Assembly: GCA_041650735.1 (NCBI GenBank)
Contig: JBAZKP010000001.1
Coordinates: 310,754-374,753 of the forward strand
From: an archaeon
GTDB taxonomy: Archaea; Iainarchaeota; Iainarchaeia; Iainarchaeales; JAAZKV01
Reading direction: 5' to 3'
DNA length: 64,000 nt
A model generated the notes under the pieces. The model saw only the letters and a program-made list of their open reading frames with translations. It was not told the origin of the DNA and did not search any database. The position numbers and the translations under genes are program-made. Each line of letters begins with the position of its first letter. Position 1 is the first letter of the stretch. Positions 37,090 through 47,167 of this stretch are shown piece by piece.

Positions 37090-38400
37090 ATGGCTGGATA
37101 TGAGGATTTTGTTGATTTAGGCTACAAGCCCGGCGCAAAAGATGTGCTGGCTGTTTTTAAAGTAAAAGTTCCTGAATGGGAAACGCCTGAAAGAGCATTC
37201 GGGGCAATAGCTTCAGAGAGTTCAGTAGGAACTTGGACTGATTTGAATATATGGGCAAAGTACCCTCAAGTAAAAAAAGTTGCAGCAAAAGTATACAGCG
37301 TAGAGCACACTCCTGATGGTTACTGGATAAAAATAGCTTATCCTGAGGATCACTTTGAAATGGAAAACCCAAGCCAAATACTAGCATCAATCGCAGGAAA
37401 TGTATTCGGAATGAAAGCAGTTGATTCACTAAAATTACAAGATATACAGTTCACAAAAAACATCGTGAAAAAATACAAAGGGCCTGGAGTGGGAATTGAA
37501 GGAATAAGAAAAATGTTCAAAGCAGAAAAAAGCCCATTAACATTATCAGTACCAAAACCAAAAGTAGGGATGACAACAGAAGAACACGCACAAATAGGAT
37601 ATGATATTTGGACAGGAGGATTAGATTTGCTAAAAGATGATGAAAATTTAACAAACCAAAAATTTAATCCATTCAAAAAAAGAGTAGAAAGAACATTAAA
37701 GTTGAGAGACAAAGCAGAAAAAGAAACAGGGGAAAAGAAAAGTTATCTAGTAAATATTACTTCGCCAACAGTTGAAGAAATGCTTGAAAGAGCGAGATAT
37801 GTAAAAAAAATGGGTGGAGAATACGTAATGATTGATATTATTACTTCAGGATGGTGTGCACTAAATTCATTAAGAGAAGAGTGCGATGATTTAGGATTAG
37901 CAATTCATGCTCACCGAGCAATGCACGGAGCAATGACGAGAAACCCTGACCATGGATTCTCAATGAACTGTATATCAAAATTATCCAGATTAATAGGGGT
38001 TGACCAATTGCATATAGGGACAAGTGTTGGAAAACTAGTGAGCCCAAGAGAAGAAGTATTACAATGCCAAGAAGAATTAACTGCAAAAAAATCAAGAGCA
38101 AATATGAGAGAACATTGTTTAGAACAAAATTGGTACGGGTTAAAACAAACCTTCCCAGTATCCTCAGGAGGATTGCATCCTGGAATAGTTGATATGATAT
38201 TCAAATTATTCGGAACAAATATTATGATACAACTTGGTGGAGGAGTGCATGGTCACCCAAAAGGAAGTTACGCTGGGGCAGTAGCAATGAGGGCAGCAAT
38301 AGAAGCTTACCTTGACAAGCAAAGCGTAGAAGAAAAAGCAAAAGAATGCGTTGAACTAAAAGAAGCACTAAAAACTTGGGGAAGAACATTACCAAAATAA
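37090..38400 (+). CDS. rbcL: RuBisCO large subunit, archaeal form III type
   Basis: ESSVGTW, GNVFGMK, KPKVG, LKDDE, HAHRAMHG, HIGT...GKL, SSGG and GGG active-site motifs all intact. Confidence 0.93.
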   Translation: MAGYEDFVDLGYKPGAKDVLAVFKVKVPEWETPERAFGAIASESSVGTWTDLNIWAKYPQVKKVAAKVYSVEHTPDGYWIKIAYPEDHFEMENPSQILASIAGNVFGMKAVDSLKLQDIQFTKNIVKKYKGPGVGIEGIRKMFKAEKSPLTLSVPKPKVGMTTEEHAQIGYDIWTGGLDLLKDDENLTNQKFNPFKKRVERTLKLRDKAEKETGEKKSYLVNITSPTVEEMLERARYVKKMGGEYVMIDIITSGWCALNSLREECDDLGLAIHAHRAMHGAMTRNPDHGFSMNCISKLSRLIGVDQLHIGTSVGKLVSPREEVLQCQEELTAKKSRANMREHCLEQNWYGLKQTFPVSSGGLHPGIVDMIFKLFGTNIMIQLGGGVHGHPKGSYAGAVAMRAAIEAYLDKQSVEEKAKECVELKEALKTWGRTLPK

Positions 38401-38493
38401 ATCTCTAAAATAATGAAAATATTTAGTTCAAAATTAGCTTTATATATTCCTTGGAGAGTATTATTTTAGTATAATTACTCTGAGAGTGTTTTT

Positions 38494-40989
38494 GTGTCCA
38501 AAGGAAAAAAAAATAATAAATCTGTTTTTTTCGAAAATCTTTTAGCCCAAGCAACAATAGAATATCTAATTATAATTGGTGTAATAGTAATTATTTCTTT
38601 AGCAGTTGTTAGTTTAGTTGTTACTCAAACAGATTCAACAGGAAGCATTTCTAGTTCTGGCACCAGATTGAGCAATGCAAGCGAAGAAGTTAGTCTTACT
38701 GAACTTATAATTGATGATACAGAAAATGCTTTGCTTACTATAAAAAATAATTCACGCGCCCGTTTTTATGTAACAGGAATTAATATTGGGGGCACTGTAA
38801 GTAATTATAATGAGTTGATGCGTGTTGGAGAAAAAAAAGTTTTTTCCTTAGATACTAATGGTAGTAGTTGTTCCTGTGCAAATACAACAAGTAATACTAA
38901 ACAATGTGATATTGATGTAAACACATTGTCAGTTTATGGATTAACTCATGTTCATTACTTATCCCTGATAGGTAATTGTACTCAGGAAGCAAGCCCGGTT
39001 GATTTGAATGGGGTTGTCCAGCCTATTGCAGCAGCTTTTTTTTCAACGGATTTTACTTATGACCCTGATTTATCAGAGTTAGTAGAAATTGTTGATGGAA
39101 ACTATGTAATGACTGATTCTAACTCACAACTTGTTTCTGTAATTGATTTGCAATTAGTGGATATAATTGCTAATGATATTTTTAGTTATACTGGAGCAGA
39201 CCAAACATTTACTGTTCCTGCAGGGATAACTTCCATTGATGTAAAACTTTGGGGCGGCGGTGGGGGCGGGGGCGCTATTGGTGGTTGGAGTTATGGGTTT
39301 CCGGGAGGAGCTGGAGGATATGCTGGAGGAACACTAGCGGTAACACCTGACCAAAATATTACTATAATGGTTGGGGCAGGAGGAAATTCAGGAACTGTTC
39401 CAAACTCAAGCCCTAATTATGGTGGAGGAGCCAGAAACTGTAACACAGGGAGTGATTGCAGATACGGAGGACAAGGAGGAGGAAGATCAGAAGTAATTGT
39501 TGGTGAAACTAATTTTATTATTGCTGGTGGTGGGGGCGGGGGTGGATCAAGTAGAGCTTCAACCGGACAATTTGGTGGAGCAGGAGGAGGAAGTTATGCA
39601 AGAGATGGAACCTCATATACTGCTGCTTGTAAAGGACTAGGAGCTACATATTTAGTTCCAGGTGGTGCAACATCAGGATGCGCTAATGCACAAGGAGAAG
39701 CAGGGACACAATACTTCGGAGGAAATCCAGCATCTAATGCTTATGGTGGCTCAGGAGGAGGAGGTTATTTTGGGGGAGGTGGCGGAGGTTACGGAGAACC
39801 CAATGATATGGGTGGGGGCGGTGGAGGAAGCAGTAATGTAATCGGTCCCTCAATTACAACTGTTGGTGATTACACAATACAAACTTTTACTAATAGCGGA
39901 AACTTTATTGTACCCTCAGGGAGCACAAATGTAGAAGTACTAATTGTCGGAGGCGGCGGAAGTGGAGGAGGAAGACATGGTGGTGGTGGAGGTGGAGGTG
40001 GAGTTTTACATTTAACGGATGTACCAGTCTCTACTGGAAGTTACTCAATAGTTGTTGGAGCAGGGGGGCCTGCTGTTGGCGGAACTAGTATTGATGGAGT
40101 TAATGGGGAAGACAGTTCAGCTTTTGGTGAAACCGCGAAAGGCGGAGGAAGAGGAGGATCATATTGCTCAGGAACTGTAGATTTAAATGGAGGAAGTGGA
40201 GGAGGAGCTGGTCACCAAGATTGTGGAAATACTGCAGGAGTAGCAACACAAGGACAACCTGTTTCTCACACAGGAACAGGATACGGAAATAATGGAGGCG
40301 CTAGTCCAACTGGAAGCAATGAAGGTTCAGGAGGAGGAGGAGCAGGAGCAGTTGGAGAAAATTCTATTGGTGATGTATATGGCGGTGCTGGTGGAAATGG
40401 AATTCTAATTAATATTACAGGAGAAGATTATTACTGGGCAGGGGGAGGAGGCGGTGGCGGTTGGACAGAACCAGCAGGCAACGGCGGACTCGGCGGAGGA
40501 GGTGGCGGCGGCGGAGCAAATGGTGGCGCAGCCGGAACAGGGGGAGGAAGTGCACTTAATAGTGGAGCAACAGGTAGCAATACAACTGCATGCAATGGAG
40601 GAGCAGGTGGCGCAAACACGGGGGGTGGAGGAGGAGGATCAGGACAATGGTGTGATTGCGGATGGTATGGATATAGTGGGGCAGGAGGCTCAGGAGTTGT
40701 AATAATAAAATATTTAACTAATTCAATTCCAACTAATAATTATAATGAATCACTAACAGGATGGACTAATTTATCAACAATAGCAGGAAATGGAATTATT
40801 CCTGGAAATTCTTCTGACACTAATAGAGGAACAGCAGGAAATGGTGGAGCAATAGATACAGTAGGTAATTCTGGCAGAGTAGTTATTTCTTACCCAGACC
40901 AAGAAATAGTAACGTATTTAGAAACAGGAACTCCTGATTCAGGAATTGATATAAGCGAAGGATACATAGCACTAGGTGGTAACGAATGA
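38494..40989 (+). CDS. Class III signal (pilin-like) surface protein with two glycine-rich domains
   Basis: AQATIEYLIIIGVIVII N-terminus; two TF...VxxxGGGGxGG...GxVVIxY glycine-rich domains. Confidence 0.75.
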   Translation: MSKGKKNNKSVFFENLLAQATIEYLIIIGVIVIISLAVVSLVVTQTDSTGSISSSGTRLSNASEEVSLTELIIDDTENALLTIKNNSRARFYVTGINIGGTVSNYNELMRVGEKKVFSLDTNGSSCSCANTTSNTKQCDIDVNTLSVYGLTHVHYLSLIGNCTQEASPVDLNGVVQPIAAAFFSTDFTYDPDLSELVEIVDGNYVMTDSNSQLVSVIDLQLVDIIANDIFSYTGADQTFTVPAGITSIDVKLWGGGGGGGAIGGWSYGFPGGAGGYAGGTLAVTPDQNITIMVGAGGNSGTVPNSSPNYGGGARNCNTGSDCRYGGQGGGRSEVIVGETNFIIAGGGGGGGSSRASTGQFGGAGGGSYARDGTSYTAACKGLGATYLVPGGATSGCANAQGEAGTQYFGGNPASNAYGGSGGGGYFGGGGGGYGEPNDMGGGGGGSSNVIGPSITTVGDYTIQTFTNSGNFIVPSGSTNVEVLIVGGGGSGGGRHGGGGGGGGVLHLTDVPVSTGSYSIVVGAGGPAVGGTSIDGVNGEDSSAFGETAKGGGRGGSYCSGTVDLNGGSGGGAGHQDCGNTAGVATQGQPVSHTGTGYGNNGGASPTGSNEGSGGGGAGAVGENSIGDVYGGAGGNGILINITGEDYYWAGGGGGGGWTEPAGNGGLGGGGGGGGANGGAAGTGGGSALNSGATGSNTTACNGGAGGANTGGGGGGSGQWCDCGWYGYSGAGGSGVVIIKYLTNSIPTNNYNESLTGWTNLSTIAGNGIIPGNSSDTNRGTAGNGGAIDTVGNSGRVVISYPDQEIVTYLETGTPDSGIDISEGYIALGGNE

Positions 40990-43900
40990 ATAAAATAAAA
41001 ATTATTTTAATTTTACTTTTTTTATTATCACTTAATACAAGTGTTTTAGCAGTTGCCGAAGGATGTTACACTTCAAGTGGAGGATATAGTTGGCGTTATT
41101 CATCAGGCTCAGAATCATGTGATACAGTATGCGCAGGGTTTGGAGGAATAGATCCAAATAATCCTTATTGTACAATGTATGATCCTGGATGCGAAGCATG
41201 TCTTTACTTTAACCCTGGTGCTTCATGTGTTGATGGAGACATGGGAGAAGGACCAACTTTTAGTGGAAGCTGTAATGCATCCGGATGGTATGCAATGGAT
41301 TGCGCTATATATGAACCTAGTTATATTAGGTTATGCACTTGTGCTACCACTTGCTTCACCCCTTTAGCAGTAATACTAACAACCCCTTATGATAACCAAG
41401 TCTTCAATGACACCACGGGATTAAATCAAACACTTTCATGTGAAGCAGAAGGAACTAATGGGATAGAAACAATTACTCTTCATGTTCGAGATTCATCTTT
41501 AGTTGAAGTTTATAATGAACCAGTTGCAGTATCCGGAACAGAGGTTACCCAAAATTTTAATTATACTTTTCCATCAGCAGCTCCTTATTCATGGGCATGC
41601 GAAGCATGCAACACAGCTGAAGGATGTATTACAACAAGTTACAATGACATAAATTTTGCTCCAGTTGAAACTATGACAAAAACTTTTGCAGACACAACCC
41701 AAAAAGCATGGAATACAAGCAGTGGATCCCAAACACCACTCTCCCCAGGCAATGCTTCTTATGTGGAATATACTTCAGAACAGTACACTGCCGCAACAAC
41801 CGCAGACAGTACTAGAAATGCTTGGCATGGAGCAATAGAAGCTTCAAGTTATGAAAACTTGTTATTCAAATTCACACTTAATCAAAGCATAAAAGCATCT
41901 AACGTAAAAGAACTTTTATTTAACTGGGTTGGGTATGATGAACAATCAATGACTGGCATGTGGCACGCGAATAGTGCAAATAAAAGCTTTAAAATTTTTA
42001 TTTGGAATTTTAATAGTTCAGCTTGGGAAGAATTATACTCAACAACGACATCAAAATATAGTGATCAAAATTATTTATTCCCAATTATTGATGGATCCGA
42101 GCCAAATGTAAGTACTGTAATAACAAATTACATTGGGTCATCAAAAGAAATTTATTTTGCAATCTCAGGGGATTTTTATGGAGGAGCATATGCGGGAAGC
42201 TGTCCTTACTTGTTCCTCTCTGATGGAAATGAGTATAAATTTCACACAGATTTAATGGGGGCACCCCTTGCAAAAGACGCTAATATCTTCAAACCAGAGT
42301 ATTACAATGGAGGAATTTATTCGCTAGGGGATTTTACTCCAGTTAATGGAACCTATAAATTAAAAGTAAGAGAAACAATTGAAGAAGCAGATTATTTTGA
42401 TGAAGCAAAACTAATTTTGGTTGATACCCCAAAAGGATATGAAGTAATGAATAATTGGAGCCTTACCTCTCTATTAAGATATTCTTCCCCAAAAGATTTT
42501 GTAACAATTAAAGATCCTAAAAACCCAATCTCTGCGATTGATAAAAAAGGAAATAATGTGCTTGAAGAGATTACAAAAAATGATGGAATCCCAGTTCCTC
42601 TTTCATCCAAGGATGATAAAACTAGCGTAATAGTTGATTTTGGGAATATTGAAAGACCTGAAAATGCAAAACTCATTCTTACTGAATGGTCTTATTATGT
42701 AAACAGAATTAATGCTGATAAATCCCCTTATTCAATGGGAACAACAATTGAAATGATGAATGACAAAAATGAGTGGGTGGTAAAAAAAATCATTGGAAGA
42801 AACGGAGGATTTAATAGAAGCCTAATTTTTGATGTCTCAGATATTTTGGAAAAAAATAATACTAAAATGAGAATAACCTTATACAATCAACCGACTTATA
42901 TTGGAATCCTTGACCAGGTAATGCTTGATGATTCTGTCCCAGTGGATATTAATGTAACATATGTTGATGCGAGCGTTGCTGATTTAGGTTATGCCGGTGC
43001 AACTAATTACACTTATCCATCACTAACCCAAGGAGGAAGCTCTGATGATGCAAAAAATCCAGTTGACCCCAAATCTCTAATGTATGGAAATTTTACAAAA
43101 TACGGTGATGTAAAACCATTGCTAGAAAAAACAGATGACAAGTTTGTCATAATGGCTTCCGGTGATGAGTTAGCACTTGAATTCAAAGAACCTGAAAAAT
43201 CAATTGGTGCGGAGAGGCATGCTTTCCTTTACGCGGATGTATTTTATAGCATTAAAAGTACGGTAAAAAAATTTTTAACGGACAATATTTATCCTTTGCC
43301 TTTCCATGGAATGAAAACCTATTCTTATCCCGAAGAACAATGGAAATATAGATGGGATTCAAATTACAGAGAATATTTAGATACATGGAATACAAGAACA
43401 ATTGAGAAAACAAAAGGTACTCATACAATGTATGAAAATTCTTCCCAACTCAGCCTCAAGTATATTCCTGAATACGCTTCATCAGGAACTTTTACTTCAA
43501 ACAAAATAAATCTAAAACAAGCAAAAAAATTATCTTTAATTACCTTTACTGCAGAGACCCCAGTAGGAACCACAGTTAAATTCCAAATAAGGTCGGCTGA
43601 TACTAACGAAGGACTTGATACAGCAACATGGTTAGGTCCTGATGGAACAGGAGAAACTTATTACACAACAACTAATCAAGAAATAAGTTCAGTTCATGGA
43701 AATCCAATATGGGCGCAATGGAAAGCTTATTTATCAACAACAGTATCAACTCTCACTCCAAAATTAACTGCTGTAGATTTAGTTGTCAAAAATAAAGTGG
43801 ATGAAACCAGTTGGGCTACTTTTATTACAGGAAACGGAACAAGCACAGTGTGGAGCGCTTTTACTCCTGTTCAATATTTGAACGGAGGAAACATTGATTG

Positions 43901-44099
43901 GTATTACTCCGCTTACAATTCAGTTGAGGAACCTTGTTCACTTTTAAGCGAATGGACTTTATTAGAAATGACAGAAGGCACAGGTCAATTAGGAGGAGTT
44001 ACAAGTAATTATTTATGCCTCAGAGCATTAATGCATCCTGATGAAAATGCAAATAAAAGCCCTGAAATAACAAGCATGAGTATTGGCGTTCAAAGGTAA
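40986..44099 (+). CDS. Large secreted mosaic protein with an ASPIC/UnbV-protein-like C-terminal module inserted
   Basis: Signal peptide, Cys-rich N-terminus; GSCPYLF...EEADYFDEAKL...GDELALEF...WNTR module at 42195-43397; later SGTFTS...WLGPDG...TPKL module; ATGA coupled to upstream gene. Confidence 0.7.
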   Translation: MNKIKIILILLFLLSLNTSVLAVAEGCYTSSGGYSWRYSSGSESCDTVCAGFGGIDPNNPYCTMYDPGCEACLYFNPGASCVDGDMGEGPTFSGSCNASGWYAMDCAIYEPSYIRLCTCATTCFTPLAVILTTPYDNQVFNDTTGLNQTLSCEAEGTNGIETITLHVRDSSLVEVYNEPVAVSGTEVTQNFNYTFPSAAPYSWACEACNTAEGCITTSYNDINFAPVETMTKTFADTTQKAWNTSSGSQTPLSPGNASYVEYTSEQYTAATTADSTRNAWHGAIEASSYENLLFKFTLNQSIKASNVKELLFNWVGYDEQSMTGMWHANSANKSFKIFIWNFNSSAWEELYSTTTSKYSDQNYLFPIIDGSEPNVSTVITNYIGSSKEIYFAISGDFYGGAYAGSCPYLFLSDGNEYKFHTDLMGAPLAKDANIFKPEYYNGGIYSLGDFTPVNGTYKLKVRETIEEADYFDEAKLILVDTPKGYEVMNNWSLTSLLRYSSPKDFVTIKDPKNPISAIDKKGNNVLEEITKNDGIPVPLSSKDDKTSVIVDFGNIERPENAKLILTEWSYYVNRINADKSPYSMGTTIEMMNDKNEWVVKKIIGRNGGFNRSLIFDVSDILEKNNTKMRITLYNQPTYIGILDQVMLDDSVPVDINVTYVDASVADLGYAGATNYTYPSLTQGGSSDDAKNPVDPKSLMYGNFTKYGDVKPLLEKTDDKFVIMASGDELALEFKEPEKSIGAERHAFLYADVFYSIKSTVKKFLTDNIYPLPFHGMKTYSYPEEQWKYRWDSNYREYLDTWNTRTIEKTKGTHTMYENSSQLSLKYIPEYASSGTFTSNKINLKQAKKLSLITFTAETPVGTTVKFQIRSADTNEGLDTATWLGPDGTGETYYTTTNQEISSVHGNPIWAQWKAYLSTTVSTLTPKLTAVDLVVKNKVDETSWATFITGNGTSTVWSAFTPVQYLNGGNIDWYYSAYNSVEEPCSLLSEWTLLEMTEGTGQLGGVTSNYLCLRALMHPDENANKSPEITSMSIGVQR

Positions 44100-44136
44100 T
44101 TCTTTTCCAAAAGAAACAAAACAATGAGGATTATTT

Positions 44137-45240
44137 ATGTATGATACAAATCAAAATAATCAAAACCAAGAAATAGGGGCTGTTGGCGGGGAACAGAGAA
44201 GCAGTGCTCCTCCAGAAGTGATTCAACCTGAAAAACCAATTCAAGAAGAAAAAAAAGAGACAAAGAATAAAATAATTCTAATTTTGGCAATCTTATTAAT
44301 CCTTGTTTTTTTAGTTTGCGCGATAATACTATTTGTTTTCCCATCGTTATTGCCTTTTAATGAAACCCTCAAATCCCAATACTCTTGCGTTGGAGAGACA
44401 TTTGAAAACTCTGTTCTCTGCCCAGATTCAGATAAAAATTTAGTTAGTGATGTTACCACAGTTTTATCTGGTTCCTGCACTAATATAAAAAAATGTGAAT
44501 ATATATGCAAAGAAGGATATGAATATGAAAATTCTGTTTGTGTAAAAAAATACTGTGTTCTTTCAAATAATTTAGATCTCGCCGGATCAATTGTTGCAAT
44601 ATCCTCTTCAGGCAGAGACACAAATTTTGGGGTATCGCCTTTAGGTGCAACAGCCCCATATTTCCTTATTTTTGACAACAATTTGCTTATTGAAACCGCA
44701 ATAAATCCTTACTTAGAAAAAAATCCTGACCAAGTTGTTGCTGAATGGTTAGCTGGGAAAGGGGTAAAAAAAATAGTGGTAAGCGACGCCACCACTTTAT
44801 TTGAATCAAACCTAAACAAAAATAAAATAGCTTGCTTAAAAATGAGCGGCAAAATAAGTGATTTAGTTGGGGCAGGTCAGAATTTATCAGTTTACAGTTA
44901 TGCATCAAACAACTGCAAAAGCGTTGATTCAATTAGCCTTGCAGGGCCAAAGCTTGCTATCACAACTATTCGCCCCGATTTGAATAGCCCAATCTCATCA
45001 AGCCCTAGTTCAATAAAATATTTCTTAATATTTGAAAATGGCAAATTCGTTGAAGCAATAAAAAATGATTTTAATATTTTAAGCAAGAATTTTGAAAGTG
45101 ATATTGCGCAAATGCTTTTCAAAAAAGATGTTAACAGAGTGGTTTTAGGATACAGAAATATTCCACTTGTTATTGAATTAATGCGCCCAAAATTAGAGTG
45201 TGTGGTAGCCACAGGATTGGTCAGCGAAGTTATAAAATAA
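44137..45240 (+). CDS. Membrane-anchored protein with a Cys-rich module and two NifB/NifX-like domains
   Basis: TM at about residues 47-70; C-x-G...C...C...CEYxC module; VAI...APYFLIFD...NPY...WLAGKGVKKIV pattern twice. Confidence 0.65.
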   Translation: MYDTNQNNQNQEIGAVGGEQRSSAPPEVIQPEKPIQEEKKETKNKIILILAILLILVFLVCAIILFVFPSLLPFNETLKSQYSCVGETFENSVLCPDSDKNLVSDVTTVLSGSCTNIKKCEYICKEGYEYENSVCVKKYCVLSNNLDLAGSIVAISSSGRDTNFGVSPLGATAPYFLIFDNNLLIETAINPYLEKNPDQVVAEWLAGKGVKKIVVSDATTLFESNLNKNKIACLKMSGKISDLVGAGQNLSVYSYASNNCKSVDSISLAGPKLAITTIRPDLNSPISSSPSSIKYFLIFENGKFVEAIKNDFNILSKNFESDIAQMLFKKDVNRVVLGYRNIPLVIELMRPKLECVVATGLVSEVIK

Positions 45241-45244
45241 AAAT

Positions 45245-46609
45245 TTGAGAATGATGCTTATGAAAAAGAAAAATACAAAAAAATTAAAAGCTCCTAAAAA
45301 AAGATCTTTGTTAAAAAGGGGCAAATTAAAAAAATCTGTAATAGCTTCGCACTTCTTACTTAAAAAAATAATTTTGCTTAGCTTTATTATTTTAGTAATA
45401 ATAATTGCGATTGGGATATCTGTTCAGCAAAACAAACCAACTATTGGGCAATTTGTTTGTAAGGGCATTGTGCCTAAAAATGCGGTTCTTTGCTCAAATG
45501 ATGACATAGGATTGATAAAAAATACAAGCATAACCCTGGCTCCTTTTTGTACCTATGAAACAAAATGCCAGTATATTTGTGGTCAAGAATATAAAAAATG
45601 GGAAAATAATTGTGTTGACTTAAATGCACCTATTAATTTTTGTGTGGGCGATGTGCCTAAAAATGCGGTTCTTTGCGAGGAGGATAATTCAAATTTAGAA
45701 TGGAGTTCCCTGAATACATTGGTTTCTTCTTGTACTCCTGATAAAAAATGCGAATATGTTTGCGAATCCGGATTTATAAAAGAGGGGGCACGTTGCCTTA
45801 GAGAATATTGCGAACCTGTTGAAGACCTTAATTTTTCTGGTTCAGTAATTGCAATAACTTCTCAGAATGGAGATTTTTCTTCAGGAGTATCTCCATTGGG
45901 GACAAAAACAGCATTTTTTTTAATATTTAATAATAACAAATTTATTGAGGCTGCAAAAAATCCTTATTCTCAAGAAGAAAGTGATGTTGAAAGAAATGTT
46001 GTCCAGTGGCTGGTTGATAAAAATGTGGAAAAAATTGTTCTCGCTGATGCAGATATTGAGTTTGCTTCAAAAATAGGGGCAGCTGGAATAAAATGCTTAA
46101 AAATAACTGGTAAAATAGCAGCTATTATTGGGCAAGAGGAAAATATTGATACAAACAAACCCGTTTCATATAATGGGGGCCAGCTTGTTATTAATGGAAA
46201 AGATTTTTTTAAAGAGGTAATTGAAGAAAGTGTTATCCAACTAAGCAAAGGAGGAACCCAGAGCTCGGAAACTTTTTATTTGAATCAAGGGGACGAAATT
46301 ACTAGCAAGGATTTTAATGGAAAAGGAATAAACCAGGAATCAATTGTTTTTGCACTCTGCCCTTGCAGCAATTTATCTTCAATACAAATAGATATAGGAT
46401 TAAGCGATTCAAATGATTATTCTTACTTGAAATGGAAAACCAGTGAAGAAATAAAATTACAAGCAACAATTATCTGCGATAATAATGTCAGCACATTAAA
46501 AGAAACACTTAGTTCAATCGGAAAAGTAGTTTCAATCGACCCCGCAGGGTTATGCAAACCAAATACTTCGCCGTGCTGTGTGGTAATGCCAAGGAAATCT
46601 ATACAATAA
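45245..46609 (+). CDS. Paralogous membrane-anchored protein with two Cys-rich modules and one NifB/NifX-like domain
   Basis: Basic N-tail, TM, repeated CxGxVPKNAVLC (DNA repeat GTGCCTAAAAATGCGGTTCTTTGC at about 45470 and 45653), IAI...AFFLIFN...NPY...WLVDKNVEKIV. Confidence 0.65.
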   Translation: MRMMLMKKKNTKKLKAPKKRSLLKRGKLKKSVIASHFLLKKIILLSFIILVIIIAIGISVQQNKPTIGQFVCKGIVPKNAVLCSNDDIGLIKNTSITLAPFCTYETKCQYICGQEYKKWENNCVDLNAPINFCVGDVPKNAVLCEEDNSNLEWSSLNTLVSSCTPDKKCEYVCESGFIKEGARCLREYCEPVEDLNFSGSVIAITSQNGDFSSGVSPLGTKTAFFLIFNNNKFIEAAKNPYSQEESDVERNVVQWLVDKNVEKIVLADADIEFASKIGAAGIKCLKITGKIAAIIGQEENIDTNKPVSYNGGQLVINGKDFFKEVIEESVIQLSKGGTQSSETFYLNQGDEITSKDFNGKGINQESIVFALCPCSNLSSIQIDIGLSDSNDYSYLKWKTSEEIKLQATIICDNNVSTLKETLSSIGKVVSIDPAGLCKPNTSPCCVVMPRKSIQ

Positions 46610-46731
46610 TTGATTTGTAAGATTTTTTTGGTTTGATTTGTCAAAAGAAAAAGTTTATTAACAATGAAGCGATTAGTAGTATCGGAAAATTTGCCTTTAA
46701 AACAAAAGAGATTAGGTTATAGGGTGGTAAA

Positions 46732-47091
46732 ATGAGTCTAAGTACACTTACATTCGGAAGCATGAACAGTATTAATGCTAATTCTCACACAAGAGGAAAA
46801 GTAAAAGTAATTAAAGCAGAGAAATTTGTGGGCATGGAAGCAGTATGCATAATTGGAAGATTAGTTGAAGGAGCAGTGGCAAAAAAAATGCATGTTTCCG
46901 GAAATAATTCTACACAAATAATTAGCGTTGAATCAAAAGTAGGGGACGGTTATTGCACAAAACAGGGAGCACAAGTAGTTCTAATGGTTGAAGGAATAAA
47001 TAAAGAAGATTGCCCCACAGGGGTAGAAATAATATTTGAGAAAGGCGCTGATGAAGCAGTAAAATCAAAAGGAAAAATAATAATTGCATAA
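46732..47091 (+). CDS. Small stand-alone EF-Tu domain II-like beta-barrel protein
   Basis: IIGRLVEGAVAKKM...IISVES...GAQVVLMVEG pattern of elongation-factor beta barrels, no GTPase domain. Confidence 0.5.
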   Translation: MSLSTLTFGSMNSINANSHTRGKVKVIKAEKFVGMEAVCIIGRLVEGAVAKKMHVSGNNSTQIISVESKVGDGYCTKQGAQVVLMVEGINKEDCPTGVEIIFEKGADEAVKSKGKIIIA

Positions 47092-47167
47092 TACAGTCTT
47101 TTTGAGAGTGTATAGAGCTGATTGCTTGACCGAAAAACTTAACTTAAGTTCAGACACTTGTATAAGC

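Noticed and set aside
39250-40690. GGN-rich tracts as microsatellites or G-quadruplex regulatory elements
   Set aside because: Fully explained by poly-Gly coding with mixed codons
44137-46609. Nitrogen fixation gene cluster
   Set aside because: Only NifX-like domains on membrane-anchored proteins; no nifH/D/K/E/N or NifB radical SAM domain
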